64,000 nt of DNA from Amphiscolops sp. MND2022 (GCA_964187785.1 OZ076409.1:10976001-11040000); one strand, 5' to 3'. Shown: positions 49,212-61,794, counted from the stretch's first letter. Numbers and translations: made by a program. Notes: generated by a model from the letters alone, not told the origin.

Positions 49212-52200
49212 CAAGTAACAAGAGTTTATTAAATTAATGATTAATATAATAAACTCTTGTTACTTGTTATTTTCCGCCCACATATAATGGGGGAGAAAAA
49301 TCATGATTTGTGTTGCGTTTTATTTTTCCAAATTCTGCCAAATCTCCACGATCTTCATACACTAATTGACTATTTTATATCTATATAAAATAGCCAAGTG
49401 GTGGATGGAGATGATAAATTAATTATGATAAATTAATTATCCAACGGATCCAAATGTATGTCGCTTCCATGCAATTACTCTCATGCAACCTTATGATCAA
49501 CCTTATGATTCCATTCGATTCCATACATGTGACCATGACTTCCCTGCTTTCCAGGCATGGAATCACAGGAACATTGTTCTATCTATCAGTGTTTGACCTT
49601 GCTTTTTTTCGCAAATCGCTAAATCGCTAATTTCAAGTTCGCTATTTTGCTGAAAAAAGTTTTTTCCATTCAACTTTTATATAGTTGATTTCCATTATAT
49701 TTTAAAATTGAATGATAACTGAATTCAGTATTTTTTCCGAAAAAAACGGAATATTTTGGACTGTTTGGTTTTTACCAAGGTAAGAGTTTTAATTTTTGAA
49801 ATTCATTTCGAAACCCTATATTTCTTCCAAAAAAATTGGCTTTCGATGTTCTATTATTTGCCGCTAATTTGAATCGCTGAAAATTCATGCGCGGCCGCTA
49901 ATTCTCCAAAACGCTAATTAGCGGTGTCAAAACTCTGCTACTTATACACAGTAGCTATGATAACGTACTCGGAAACTGCACCATTGTCATTTTTAGTTGG
50001 CGCTTCATGAAGTGAAACGCGACTATTATGGTGACTCTTTTTTCAATCCACACGAACTGACCAAAATAGTTCTTTAAAGTTCTACGAAACTTTATGGTCA
50101 CAAATTGAATCATTTGGCCTAGCGAACTGAACCAAAAAGGTTTTTTCTCTTTTTCCGCGTAACACACAATACCGGGAGAGACTAAAAGGTTTCCCCTTTC
50201 AGTTTTTTTTGGCATTCACCGATTTATGCCCGTCTTGTTTTCTTTTCTTGTGGAAACTAACGAATCCTTATTGTCGAATTACATTGTCAAAAATTATATG
50301 TTAAGTAGTTTTTATCGGGCTATTTTTCACAAGAAAAAATCAGTACAATCAGTTCAGGTTTGTTCGGCTCCATTATATGTTCAATCATCTTCTGGGAACG
50401 CGCGTTCAGCTCTTGATTCCATAACACAGTTTTCGTGCAATTCGAAATCAAAGCCGAAAACTCCAAATTACAACCGAAATCAATTGTGAATTGGTACTTC
50501 AAGACCAAGTAGAAAGCCTTGGAAATCCGTATGATTGAATAATTGGACCATGACATCTATTCCCCCCCCCCAAACTGCGGCCCCCCAAATAAGACAGAAG
50601 GTTCAAATACCATTATGTCGACATCGTTTGCGTTGAAATTTTGGACCAAAAAATAATTGATGTCGACATAATCCTATCAATTACATTGACTGTCAGTTAA
50701 AAGTTGCTCATTAGATTTTAGAGCGGACAAAATTTGCGCCAAATAGGGGCCTTTTTATACGATTTTAGCTTATTGCAAACGTGAATTTCTGCTATTTTGG
50801 ACAATAATATCAAAAAACTATGTAATTTTTTTGCCTGAAGTGTCCAAACAGTTGTGGAGACAATACTCTAAGTATTCACATTCATATAATATTCTCTTAT
50901 TAGCGAAATATTTTTATTCAAGAGCAAAATGTGCTTTCGTGTTGGGGGATATTCCTAACAAGGTGTACCTGGGGGGATAGATGACATGGTCCGAATAATT
51001 ATTTAGATCTTTATCACTATAGGGTCACTTGAGCACCGAGACAAATTTTTTCAATCGAATGTTTTAGCAGCAACGACCACCAATTGAAGGACCAGTTGAA
51101 AGAAATACATTTTTGCAAAATTCTCACAAATAATTTCGTAAGGTCTTGTTGGAAATGCATTATTTGACACTAACTCTTACAAGATTCCTGTAAGATTAGC
51201 CAAGTTCAGCTGAGAATGATACTAAAAATGCATATATTTTACAAAACTCTTACAAAATTCGCATCGTTCGACTCACTGAAATATTGAAAGTCGGTGAAAG
51301 CCTAATCAGATTTTTTTTCGAATTTTCATCGATCAAAAATTATAATTTTTTTATAATTATAAAATTAACATTTCTTTCAAGGTTCTGATATGCATCTATT
51401 CTTATGAAATTCTCACAAAAAATGCGTTGGGTATACCCAACGCATTTTTTGTGAGAATTTCATAAGAATAGATGCATATCAGAACCTTGAAAGAAATGTT
51501 CGACATTGTACCAAACTTGCAAACGTGGCGATTCTTGCACAAACTTCGTATGAAATGCTAATTGACAAGAATTTTGACTGAAGTTTGCAAAATTTGTGAT
51601 TTCCAAAAACTAGGGACATATTTCTAACTGCATTTTTCAAGTACAGCCAACACGTTTATCAGTACTTCTGCTCTTATATACGTAGTATTGTGGAAGGTTA
51701 TAAATTTGATGCCTATAATTGTGCTATAAAAAAGTAATTTCGAAATAAATTTCCATAATTTTCAATAAAAAAATAATATTTTTTTTAATTTCCATAATTT
51801 TCAATAGTTTTAATTAAAGTTTTAACTATATATAGTGACAGGTTTTTTATAGAAACCATTAGTGTTTTTCTTAACAAATATACTGCATTTGGTTCAGAAA
51901 TGTCTTATGTCGTTATTTTCAGTAACCAATTAAAGGGATCCTGTCGGTATTTTCACTAATTGACCGCCGCCACGCGTTTGAAGGCTCAGAAATGTCACTG
52001 AATATTTGAATACAAAGTGCGTTTATTTTTGTATTTGGTCTAAATTAAGAATACCCAAATCTTTTAAGAATTCAGCCGCATCTGCATATAGAATAATTTC
52101 AATGAAAGGTTTTCAAGGTCGTTTGGAGCTTTTCATTTTCAATGTTACCATATTCGTTCAGGAGAGCGTTTTTTCAACAATCCATGACTTTTCTTCAAAA

Positions 52201-55200
52201 AATTATGTTGTTTAGTTATTGAGGAGAACTAACGTTTTTTTGTAATGTCTAGAAAAGTGGTATTCATGAGTATTATAGATAAAAACAAGACAGAAGGCAG
52301 CTTGGGGCTCAAAAAGAGCAAAGTCTAAAAAATATTCTACTCAACTGATTATACTTTCCTATTTAAAAGAAAATTGGTTAAACTGGCGAAATTCGTGTCT
52401 CCCCGTGTTTACGGGGGACTTTCTTACCGATTTGATTCGTTTCTGGGAACCCGCAATTCTGAATATGCCAACGGTGTGTAACCCTGAAACACATGAAACT
52501 TCAAAGGCTTTTTCAAACTTCAAATCACAATTTCACAATCAGTTCAATTTCACACAGGCTCAATTTCACAATCATTGTCGAATTACTTTTTCCGGGTCAT
52601 TTCACATTTTTCAAGGTGTCTGTGCAATAAGAATATCAACAAAATGTTCCACAAAACTGTCAGGTCGCAACACAAAGATTCCAAATCTACCCAGTGTAAA
52701 ATATCTTGAAATTCTTGTCAAGATTCTTGTCAAGATTCCTATCAAAGGAATTCAAGAGGTGAAAAATTCGAATTCGTCGTTCGGGTATTTGCATATTCAT
52801 CCGTAGTTTTCCTGAGAGGTTTTTTGTACCAAAAACCTTTTTTTGTGTAGTTTCAGTCGAAAAAAATGACATTTTTCTTGAAGTTCCTGGCAAGATATTG
52901 CAAGATCGTACATATTCTTGGCACTCTTGGTAAGAATCTTGTAAAGATACTTACCAAGGGTTTCAGGAAACAGTAAGATTCTTGGCAAGAGTTTCAAGAT
53001 ATTTTACGGGTCATAATACGAGACAATCGAAATGGCTGCCAGCGTTGTAATACCAGTGAAGTGATCATTGTTGTATTCTAAAACTAAAATATTATCAAAA
53101 GAGAGTTTTGCTACTGGAATGAATTTCTTCAGCCGTTATGATCAACCGTTATTCAACACAGAATGATTGACTATGAGATACATCATTCGGTAGCCATTCG
53201 CATAACAGAACGAGCGTTAAGAATATCGAATATTTGTCAAATCTGATTGGACGACGAAATATGCTAACTCCCACATTGACTTTCACTTACTCTGACCTGT
53301 GTCAATGTTACATAATAGTTTCTTACTTCAAAATCTATTATCGAAACGAGCGAGCAATCGCAACTTATGCTATAAATGTATTCTGCATTCTTACTGTTGG
53401 GCTGTTCAACCTACCACCTTAACATTCTAGCATGTATTCTAATGTTTGTGTACAAAATTCTGGTAAGTCTCATGTCCTAAACTCGACAGAGGTTAGATCA
53501 AGAAGCAAATCCGATGAAGTTGAGCAATCTTTTAAATAGGGTGATTTTCTGCTGTTCTAGATCATGACCTCTGATAATTTAATCAGTAGTAAATTGGCTT
53601 TCCTAATTTGCAATGTACTTCACTTATATGAGAATTTTGTGATTATTTTGTCATTCCCGGATTTTTGGTAAAGTTTTCTGAGTAATTGAAGCCTTGATTA
53701 GACAAACAACGCATACGAATCGAAGTTCAACTGAAAATCCAAAATTATGGTGTCTTTTTTAAAAACTTTTTTTCATTTTATTAGTGATGCCATCAGGTTA
53801 AAATCTAAGTTAAAATCTCAAGTTACAATTTCCTTGGTTGAAATCTTCATGCGCAAATCTTCAAGATCTAAATCTCTCAAATTATATAATCGTGATTAGC
53901 CACGTTTAAATACCGATAATGCGCTAAATGCAGGAGCGCAGCGATATCCCATCAATAGTCCAGCTGCTGGTTTTGGCGAACTTCTACATGGACGGTCGCG
54001 AAGTCAAAGAACCAACCTATCGATTTCAATTTTTGGTAAGAGATTTCAACTTGGAAGATTTTGGCGAAAAAGATTTTGACATAAGATATTTTGACATATA
54101 ACCATTTGTAATTATTTGATCAAGAGCGACAGCTCCTGACGTTCAGAAATTAAACCCCGCGTTCGATGGGGAACAAAGTAGTTTAAACAAGACGCCCGCT
54201 AAGCACCGGGACATCTTCCACCACAAAACTTACAGGCTAGTCAGGATTCGAACCCGCGACCTCCTGTATGTCAGGCGGACGCACTACCAACTGGGCCACA
54301 GTGGCAACAATATTTACATACTAAACGGAGTATTAAATTCGAGATTTGGCAGAATTTGGAAAAACTGGTACAGAGATTGCGATTTTCCTTCCTTTACACG
54401 AATAAATTTGTAGGGCGGAAGATTAAAAAATACGTTCAATCAGCTTCGAGGCCCTTACCATTATGGTTGCGTATGAACTCTATGCAGGATTTGACGAAAG
54501 GTGGCACGCAGGGCTCAGTTGGAACTGAATATTTGGCACTTTCCAACTCGGCTGAGCTGCTCTTGTTGCTACTGATGACGTCACTCTGCTGGTCACTCGT
54601 CTCGGAGGAGAGGGTGAGGGCGTCCACGAGCGATGTTGCACTGCGGGCCAGGATGGAGTAGATGGAGCTGAACGAGGGTCCCCGAGCCCGGAATTCTGTG
54701 TTGGGCGAGTCCAGCGCCATTTGAGACAACTGAAAAAAAAACATTTTCTCACATTTTTTCATTTTTTCTTTCATTTTCCAACTTTTTTTCATTCTCTAAC
54801 TTTTTTTCATTTGAAACTTTTTTTCTTTTTCTAACTTTATTTCTTTTGTGACTTTTTTTCATTTTCCAACTTTTTTTTTCATTTTCCAACTTTTTTTTCA
54901 TTTTCCAATTTTTTTAAATAATATTTTTTTAGAGAAGACTGACCGGTGAAAAATTGTTCGAAGAACTAAAACCTCGCCTACCCGAAAGTTCGGTTGAAAG
55001 TGGATAAATTTTCTGCTCTCTAGTTTTCCATCAAAGATAACAGACCTCTTAAATAGCTGAGCTACTAAAGAGAGACCTTGCGACTGTACTTTTAGGTTAG
55101 ATGCATTACTTTCCGTCAAAAAACAAAAAACGAATGAAAAACAGTTTTTTAATTTTATAATACTGCAATTCGTACTTTGCGTTCTGAAACATTCAAATTT

Positions 55201-58200
55201 AGGCAGTTCGGACAGTTCGGCAAAAATACAAGAAACACAGATTGCGTTGTCGTTTTTAGATTACTTTTGCTTTAATACTTGTCAATTCCGCAGCCTATTT
55301 GATTCCTATTGGTTTGATACTGTACAAAATCCATGAAATACATCTGCTTTAAAATATACAGCTAATATGTATGGTAATTTCTGTTGGGTATTACATATTA
55401 CATGGTATCTTATCGACCTACTTCAAGTTAGACTTGAAACTAGTACATTTTTTCTTGCCCCCCCCACTACAAAAAGGGAGTCAAATGCATATACAAAGAT
55501 GTGCAGTACATTATTGCGCATATAATTATAAACACATGCGTTTTTCTCTCCCTTCTTTCCTGATTCTCTGGTACTTTTTTGCCTCAACCAATATTTGAAT
55601 ACCCCAACGAGGCGATATTGCGACATTGCCTAGAATTTAAGACATTGCCATCTGAGAGTACATTTCAGAAGCGGCCGATGCCACACACAAAACAGAAACA
55701 GTCGCCAAGTAGGACACACATTGCATCCTGTCTCCTCTACCATTTCCATACATCCCCTTGCTAATTGTGTCGATTAATCGACACAATTAGCAAGGGGATT
55801 ACACACTGTAACCCAAATTAACTTAACCCAATCTTACCTAACCCAATCTAACCTAACCCAATCTTACACTGTAACCCAAATTACATACATAAAAACAACC
55901 AAGCGCCATTTCTTTGTCTTTGACGTCCATTTTTCATACTCTTTTACTGGTACAGCAGCTTTTCGGTAGCAGGGGCCCCAAGGAAAAGAAGGAGTTGAGA
56001 GGGAAAACTGGGATATTTGGGGGAAAATGCGGGAAAATGTTGGCGCAGTCTCGTGCTGCTGCTAATTAGCAGCAGCACGAGACTGCGCCAACATTTTCCC
56101 GCATTTTCCCCCAAATATCCCAGTTTTCCCTCTCAACTCCTTCTTTTCCTTGGGGCCCCTGCTACCGAAAAGCTGCTGTACCAGTAAAAGAGTATGAAAA
56201 ATGGACGTCAAAGACAAAGAAATGGCGCTTGGTTGTTTTTATGTATGTAATTTGGGTTACAGTGTAAGAAGTATAGGATGTTGCTTATACAAGATGGCCG
56301 CCTGGTGATTATAAGATGGTATTAGTTACCTTGCGGAATCCCGTGGTCGTTGAGGAGGTTACCAAATCCCCATAAGAGGAGCTTAACAGGGAGGCACTGC
56401 TTAGAGCTTCGAAATGTTCTTCCTCCACAAGCAAGTAATTCTTCAATTTCGCGAAATTCTCCCCCTCGTTCGGGTTGATTGCGTCAGCGCCCGTTCTCCT
56501 CCGGGCAGCCTTCTTCTTGTGGTCCGGACTGCGGGAATGCCCCCCGCTGGGGGAGGGTTGCCGGTCGCCGTCGCAGCCAGCAGCATCTAGAGCACCATTA
56601 GATTGAAGAACTGGAAAATTCTCCTTGTTCTGGTTCCGAACCAGACTTCCGAGAGGCACCCCAAACACACGGTTGCCCACGTCTTTGGAGTCCGGGGCTG
56701 AAAGAAACAGAGTGGAATGCGTACACCGTGTACAGACAAAAGCGCCCATTTTACACAGCCATAAGCGCCCCAGTCAAAAACGCTTCAATACGAAGCGCGT
56801 CGCTTATTTTTGAGCTGATTTTTCCGCCTCTAATTGAAGTTGTTCAAACAAAATTCAACATTTTCACACCTCTAACAATCGGAATATTATTTTTTCAAGA
56901 CTTGAATTGCGACATGAGAGAAATGACTTGAAAATGAAGTATGGCTCACTTTTTGATCCAGACAACTTCCGGATTTGGTTCCATCGAGAATAGTGACCAG
57001 TCTTGCAGCCGGAGCTTTGATTAGGATACTCTGAAAAAAACTGAATGTGAATGAAATATATTTGATTGGTCTGTATTCAGGAAATTTAAACCCAGGTATA
57101 ACTTTTTTAGAACGGAAGGAAAAATCATCCATTGGAACCACTAACAACAGGCGCATTGGCACTATTTTCGTATTTTCTGTTAATTTGCTTTTGGAGAGAA
57201 ATCAGACATCTTCCGACCTCAATTTTTTGACAAAAAAAGTACAGTACCTATTGGCAGAAAGTGGTGGAAAAAGTGAAAAAAAAACTCCCGTGCTAAAATT
57301 TTTTGAAATGTTAATTTCGGGAATGAAAACCAAAAATCATTGATCATAGACATTACTTGGCAATTTTTCAAAAGTTGATTACAGATTCAAAAGAAAAAAG
57401 AGTGTAAATTTTTCCACTTTTTATTTTGATTCCTTGAAAATTTTTGATATGAAATCCAGGACCAATCAACGTTTAATGGCAATGAATTGAACGTGGATAT
57501 TTGGTATACCCAAAAAATTAAAACTTTCAATACTAACGCAACAAAGTACAGTTGAAAATTGAAAGGAATTGCTACGTAAAACCGACTCTGTTGTAACTGA
57601 ATACTTTATTCAGTCCAATGTTTTATTATTTTCCGCCCATATTTCATATGGGAAAGGAAAATATTTAAATCAAACGGGTTTTTTTTACAAAATTTGCCAA
57701 GAATTATTGTTTACGTAATATGAAGAAGTACATTCACAGAATTCAACTGACATAAATTTAGTTCCATGCGATATGTATTTGTAAAGATTTTTGGACTTAA
57801 AACGATTTTGTTGCTCAAATGATTTGGGGCGGAAAATATCCCGCTGGTCCGCGGGCGTCTTGTTCCAAATCCGATTTTTTTAAAGTGCTGTTATTATTAT
57901 TCAGTTCGAATATATTCATTAGAGTTTAATTATAAGTAACTTTTTCTTGACCTCCAATTTTGAGAAAAATTGGTGTTTTATCCTATCTGATGTCAATGAT
58001 TTAAATCCACGCAACACTCACTATTGAACCCAACAATGAAGGTTCCAAAAAGTATTATTTGCAATGATCTTTACAACTTAATTGATGCTTCTGGCCAATT
58101 CTGACACATTCTGACACGTTCTGACAAGTTCTGACACGTTCTGACACATTGTGACACGTTCTGACACGTTCTGACCAATTCTGACAGATTCTGTCACATT

Positions 58201-58479
58201 CAGGCAAGTTTGGCTGATCTAACCTCTGGGTATGATGATGCTGCAGTTGAAGTTGACTGAGCGCAGACAGATGACAGCCAGCTTCTGCAGAGTTATGATC
58301 TCTGCCTCAGTGAGCGAGAAGAGCGGCGTTTTCGGAATGTTCAGACTCAAGGTTCCGTCCTTGTGCACCCACAGACAATTACTTGCCCCGCCCCCCGATT
58401 GCTCCCCTGAACCTCCCCCGCAAGGGCTGAGGTCATTGGGTTGGTTGGGTTTCTCCACGCTCAAGCCATCAACGTTTTC
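39236..58479 (-). CDS. Rho GTPase-activating protein, ARHGAP6/ARHGAP36-like (5' exons outside window). Exons 58479-58224, 56697-56330, 54729-54459, 52483-52428, 48737-48581, 43515-43361, 42478-42201, 39632-39236
   Basis: GT-AG introns with matching phases (1,0,1,0,1,0,2). RhoGAP motifs VPPFVKSC, GLHTVGIFRIAGS (arginine finger), HDVAALMKCFLRELPDGL, LLPRANRDTL, KMNAANLATVFGPTL. The upstream LFSLTEAEIITLQKLA...IIIP segment resembles ARHGAP6. Confidence 0.9.
39706..40704. mobile_element. cagacaaaagcgcccc-family element with a nested family B element
   Basis: About six 16-bp units at 39712-39804, inverted degenerate units at 40618-40704; family B copy nested at ~40117-40610. Confidence 0.65.
42542..42851. 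repeat. 30-bp minisatellite (caagatcatggtaaaccttggaacccttgt) x ~10
   Basis: Direct tandem repeat in a RhoGAP intron. Confidence 0.95.
43524..44420. repeat. Element built of ~5 diverged 160-185-bp tandem units
   Basis: Recurrent ttctcaaaaactgt..atacgattcgaacgaaa and gatgtgagaaacatagcc motifs. Confidence 0.75.
46502..46695. repeat. Spacer-less palindrome, 97-bp arms, 1 mismatch
   Basis: Centre aaaggtat|ataccttt at 46598/46599. Confidence 0.95.
46693..46838. repeat. Spacer-less perfect palindrome, 73-bp arms
   Basis: Centre ccaat|attgg at 46765/46766. Confidence 0.95.
49166..49210. repeat. (TA)n microsatellite
   Basis: About 22 TA units. Confidence 0.95.
51367..51500. repeat. Spacer-less perfect palindrome, 67-bp arms
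   Basis: Centre gggta|taccc at 51433/51434. Confidence 0.95.
54187..54425 (+). mobile_element. Family A HINE-like element carrying an antisense tRNA-like segment (~54235-54305)
   Basis: Minus strand reads gtggcccagttggtagtgcgtccgcctgacatacaggaggtcgcgggttcgaatcc (A box, GAC loop, B box). Confidence 0.6.
55752..55799. repeat. Spacer-less perfect palindrome, 24-bp arms
   Basis: Centre cgatt|aatcg at 55775/55776. Confidence 0.9.
55862..56269. repeat. Spacer-less perfect palindrome, 204-bp arms
   Basis: Centre gctaa|ttagc at 56065/56066. Confidence 0.95.
58099..58200. repeat. 10-bp tandem repeat (ttctgacacg) x ~10
   Basis: Directly visible. Confidence 0.9.
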
Positions 58480-59996
58480 CTAAATAAACAAAAGGTAACA
58501 GTGGCTACGACCGTCGAAGACCATCCCGTACTGAGATTCTATTCAATCCCATCGATGGGCCCATCGCAGCCCATCGATGGTCCATCGATGGCATCACAAC
58601 TTTTTCCGATTACCATCGATGGAGCATCGATGGGCATCGATGGAATTTCAAATGAGGCCCAACGCGTTGTGGCCCATTGGGAGCCTGTTAAAGTTGCAAA
58701 TTTCCAATTTAACCAACTGACATTCCCTTTTCAGGCTCTTTTCTGTTTTCCCCTCCACCACCAAAATGTTTGGAAGTATATTTCCTTAAAAACGTTAGAC
58801 TAGCCTAATTAAAAGTAAAACCTTCTTTCATAATGGTAAGTTAACGTCTATTGGAATAGTGTTTTGCTTGAACAAACTGTTTTGCTTTTTGACTATAGTT
58901 ATAATCGTATCAAGTGTTTATTGATGGAAGCTGTTGATTTCTTCATCAAAAATGCGTGACTGCATATTGAAAAAGTGTGAACAAAATTTGTATCTGAATC
59001 CTAAACTGTCACACTAAGAATGAATGTAAATTTGAAGCTTTCTGGTTTGTATTCAAGTCTTTTTGTTCTACGATTTTCACTAATTTTCCAAAAAAAATTG
59101 GTGGTGGGGGGGTATGAGAAACAGAAAAGAGCCCCTTTTCAGCCTATCTAAGCTTTATCGCGCCTGAAAATCACTCATTTCGATTTTTTTGCTTAAAAAT
59201 TAGTTCTTTTTTATTGGTTGTTGCTCAACTAGTAGCAGTGGTATAGATAGACTGAGGGGTATATACCACTTAGCTACGGATGGTTCATTCGGCCTGTACC
59301 GGGGCGGCATCAGGTTCGAATCTCTCTCACCTCGCCATTGTTTGGCCTTCAGCAAGGCAAGTCCTTCATCCCTAGCTTAGTGGTGTGGTCAGTGACAAAA
59401 AATCACGCATTTGGTGGAGAAAAGCATAAATAAAGAGAACAACGGTGAGCAGTCAGACCTTTGTGACCTTGAGCAAGTCACTTTGAAACCACAGCTTCAA
59501 GCCAACCATTACTTGGCCATTTGGCCGCAAATATGGTGCTATCTGCTATGGAGAGATAGTATCCGAAAAGGCACCAACTCAGAAAAGCAGATATACTTTA
59601 TTGGGAGTTCGCCCTGTGATATTGGGGAAATTAATTTCCTTTCTTCATTTTGCATGTTTTTCAACCATAATCTTGCGGTAACTTTGTATGAAAGCTTCAA
59701 TAATGGTAACACATGGTTTTAGTGAGGTTCTCAAAAATCGAAGTAACGTTAAGGGGACATCTGTCCTTGATATTTGTTCTGTTTTTGAATGATGATCAAA
59801 TCGGCAGAAATTCGAATCGAATTATCAACAAACTTCAGGAGAATACAGATCATTTACATTCAAAAAATTTTGTATGATTTATATTCTTCTGCCTAATTGT
59901 TGTGATAAACTTATTAAATAGAAATATTTGATAAGTTTATCACGTGTTTTTTTAGAGAATTTGTTCCAATCTGAAGTGTACACGAATACTGGATCC

Positions 59997-60662
59997 ATGG
60001 TATATGTGATAGGTGCAAGCTCTTTGAGGAACGCAGTGAGTGCATTACATTACAAGTCCAAAAAAGAATACGAGAAACGTGTAACAGCTATCTCTGGTCT
60101 CAGTCTCAACCCATTATCGAGTAACCCCCTCAAAAACTTGCAGAATCTCCTACGAAAGGGATCTTTGGCAAAACAACAAAATCTGATAATTTGGCACGAC
60201 ATCATTAATAACTCCCTATCAGTACATTGGAAAACTCGAACGCCGGCCCTCACACCGGAAGAACTTGTCAAATTACTAGTTCACTATCGAGATCGAATCA
60301 GTGCTGTTGTTTATTGTCGCAGATTTGGGACCCCCGATGTTTACAAGGAATTGAAAACAAGTGGTATTCCCATCATAAGTGTAAGAAAAAACTTGGTGTC
60401 AAAACGAAAACAGCGAGACAGTGATTTGCAAATAAAATTATCTGCGGTGCATCAGCAACATCATCTGGAATTGAAATCGCTGAGTATTGTTTTCAAAAAC
60501 AGTCACAATCTGAACGCACTGACGAAGAATAACCACTCGAAAAAGAACCGACCATCTCAGAAGAAGCGGCGAAGGAAACGGAACTTCGGGTTAAAGGTTA
60601 GTTTCATTTGGGCATCTTTTCTTTTGTGGTTGGCCTTCGGAGATTCTTTTCTTGCTGGCTAG
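59997..60662 (+). CDS. LINE ORF0: putative SGNH/GDSL-esterase-like protein with a basic C-terminal stretch
   Basis: MVYVIGASSLRN resembles SGNH block I (GDS); also AISGL, LIIWHDIINN and KKRRRKR. Fold assignment is an inference. Confidence 0.55.
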   Translation: MVYVIGASSLRNAVSALHYKSKKEYEKRVTAISGLSLNPLSSNPLKNLQNLLRKGSLAKQQNLIIWHDIINNSLSVHWKTRTPALTPEELVKLLVHYRDRISAVVYCRRFGTPDVYKELKTSGIPIISVRKNLVSKRKQRDSDLQIKLSAVHQQHHLELKSLSIVFKNSHNLNALTKNNHSKKNRPSQKKRRRKRNFGLKVSFIWASFLLWLAFGDSFLAG

Positions 60663-60684
60663 CTACTTTAGTTGAGTGCCTAAA

Positions 60685-61794
60685 ATGATGTTGCGATCCC
60701 AGAGTCAACCAGTTTCAAGTAAAGCATCGCCGAAAACTTCAATTTCCTCGCAGCAAATGTCGCCAACAAGTAGGGCAAACAGTAGTGTAAACAAAAATAT
60801 CGATGTGACTGAGCTGGCGAACACCCTCCTCCCTTTGTTAAGCCAAGCAATCCAAGAAAGTGTAGCAGCCAACATAAACGCAGAATTCAGAAAAGTTAAC
60901 GACTGTATTACTGAAAACCTTAGTCAAATCAACGAAAAGCTTAATATTATCGGCGCAACACACGAGAGAATCGAAACAGAATTAGCTGGAGTTGTCAACT
61001 CAGTCGCCCTCCTGAGATCCAACCACGAAGAACTTACACAGAAGGTAATTAACCTCGAAGACACACTCGACAAAAACAGTGAAGAAGTTGCAGTAGCCCA
61101 ATCATCCATTACCAGTCTATTGCAAGAACACAAAATTTTGGAACATGATCTGGACAACCTCAAGAAAACCTGTGTTACTCAGACTAATCTGGAAGAACGT
61201 GTGGTCGAGAAAGTATCACAAATGCTACAAACACAGCAACAAAACCATCTTCCATGTACCGTGAATGAATTACCGTTACGTGAGATTAGTTTTGATGTCG
61301 AAACTGAATGTAGACTGGAGGCTATGGAGCAATATAGTAGAAGAGACTGTTTACTGTTCTTTGGACTATACGAAATGGAGTTCGAGGACTGCACTGAGCA
61401 AATAGTCCAAACTGCCCATGCTATGGGGGTCAATATTACTGCTGCCGACGTCTCAATCAGCCACCGCCTACAAATCAGAACCCGCCGAAGAGACGAGCCG
61501 AGGCCAATTTTTGCCAAATTTACTCGCAGAAGTGTAAAAAACGAAGTTTTTGAATCGAAACACCGGCTTAAAGAATCGCTGAATCATTACGATGTCTATG
61601 TACAAGAACAACTGACAAAAGCGAGGTCGAGAGCCATTTACCGTATGAAAGAAGCAGGAATCAGAGTCAGCACTTTTGAGTCCCGACTACTATACACCCA
61701 CGATGGGAAGCATGGAGTGATCAACTCTCTGGCTGAACTTCCCTCGAAAATGGGATGGGATCGTGCCAAAATGAAAGAAATCTTTGCAAAATAG
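60685..61794 (+). CDS. LINE ORF1p (coiled coil plus RRM-like domain)
   Basis: Heptad-rich middle region; EQYSRRDCLLFFGL, ISHRL, PRPIFAKF and VYVQEQLT are typical of L1-like ORF1 RRM/CTD regions. Confidence 0.85.
   Translation: MMLRSQSQPVSSKASPKTSISSQQMSPTSRANSSVNKNIDVTELANTLLPLLSQAIQESVAANINAEFRKVNDCITENLSQINEKLNIIGATHERIETELAGVVNSVALLRSNHEELTQKVINLEDTLDKNSEEVAVAQSSITSLLQEHKILEHDLDNLKKTCVTQTNLEERVVEKVSQMLQTQQQNHLPCTVNELPLREISFDVETECRLEAMEQYSRRDCLLFFGLYEMEFEDCTEQIVQTAHAMGVNITAADVSISHRLQIRTRRRDEPRPIFAKFTRRSVKNEVFESKHRLKESLNHYDVYVQEQLTKARSRAIYRMKEAGIRVSTFESRLLYTHDGKHGVINSLAELPSKMGWDRAKMKEIFAK

Noticed and set aside
54235..54305. Functional tRNA-Val(GAC) gene
   Set aside because: Acceptor and anticodon stems pair poorly, and it lies inside a dispersed repeat.
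55801..55880. Interstitial telomeric repeat
   Set aside because: Units are irregular (taacc/taacccaa), not a clean (TTAGGG)n or (TTAGG)n array.
60597..60672. Intron fusing LINE ORF0 to ORF1
   Set aside because: A GTTAGT donor exists, but nearby AG acceptors do not give the ORF1 frame.
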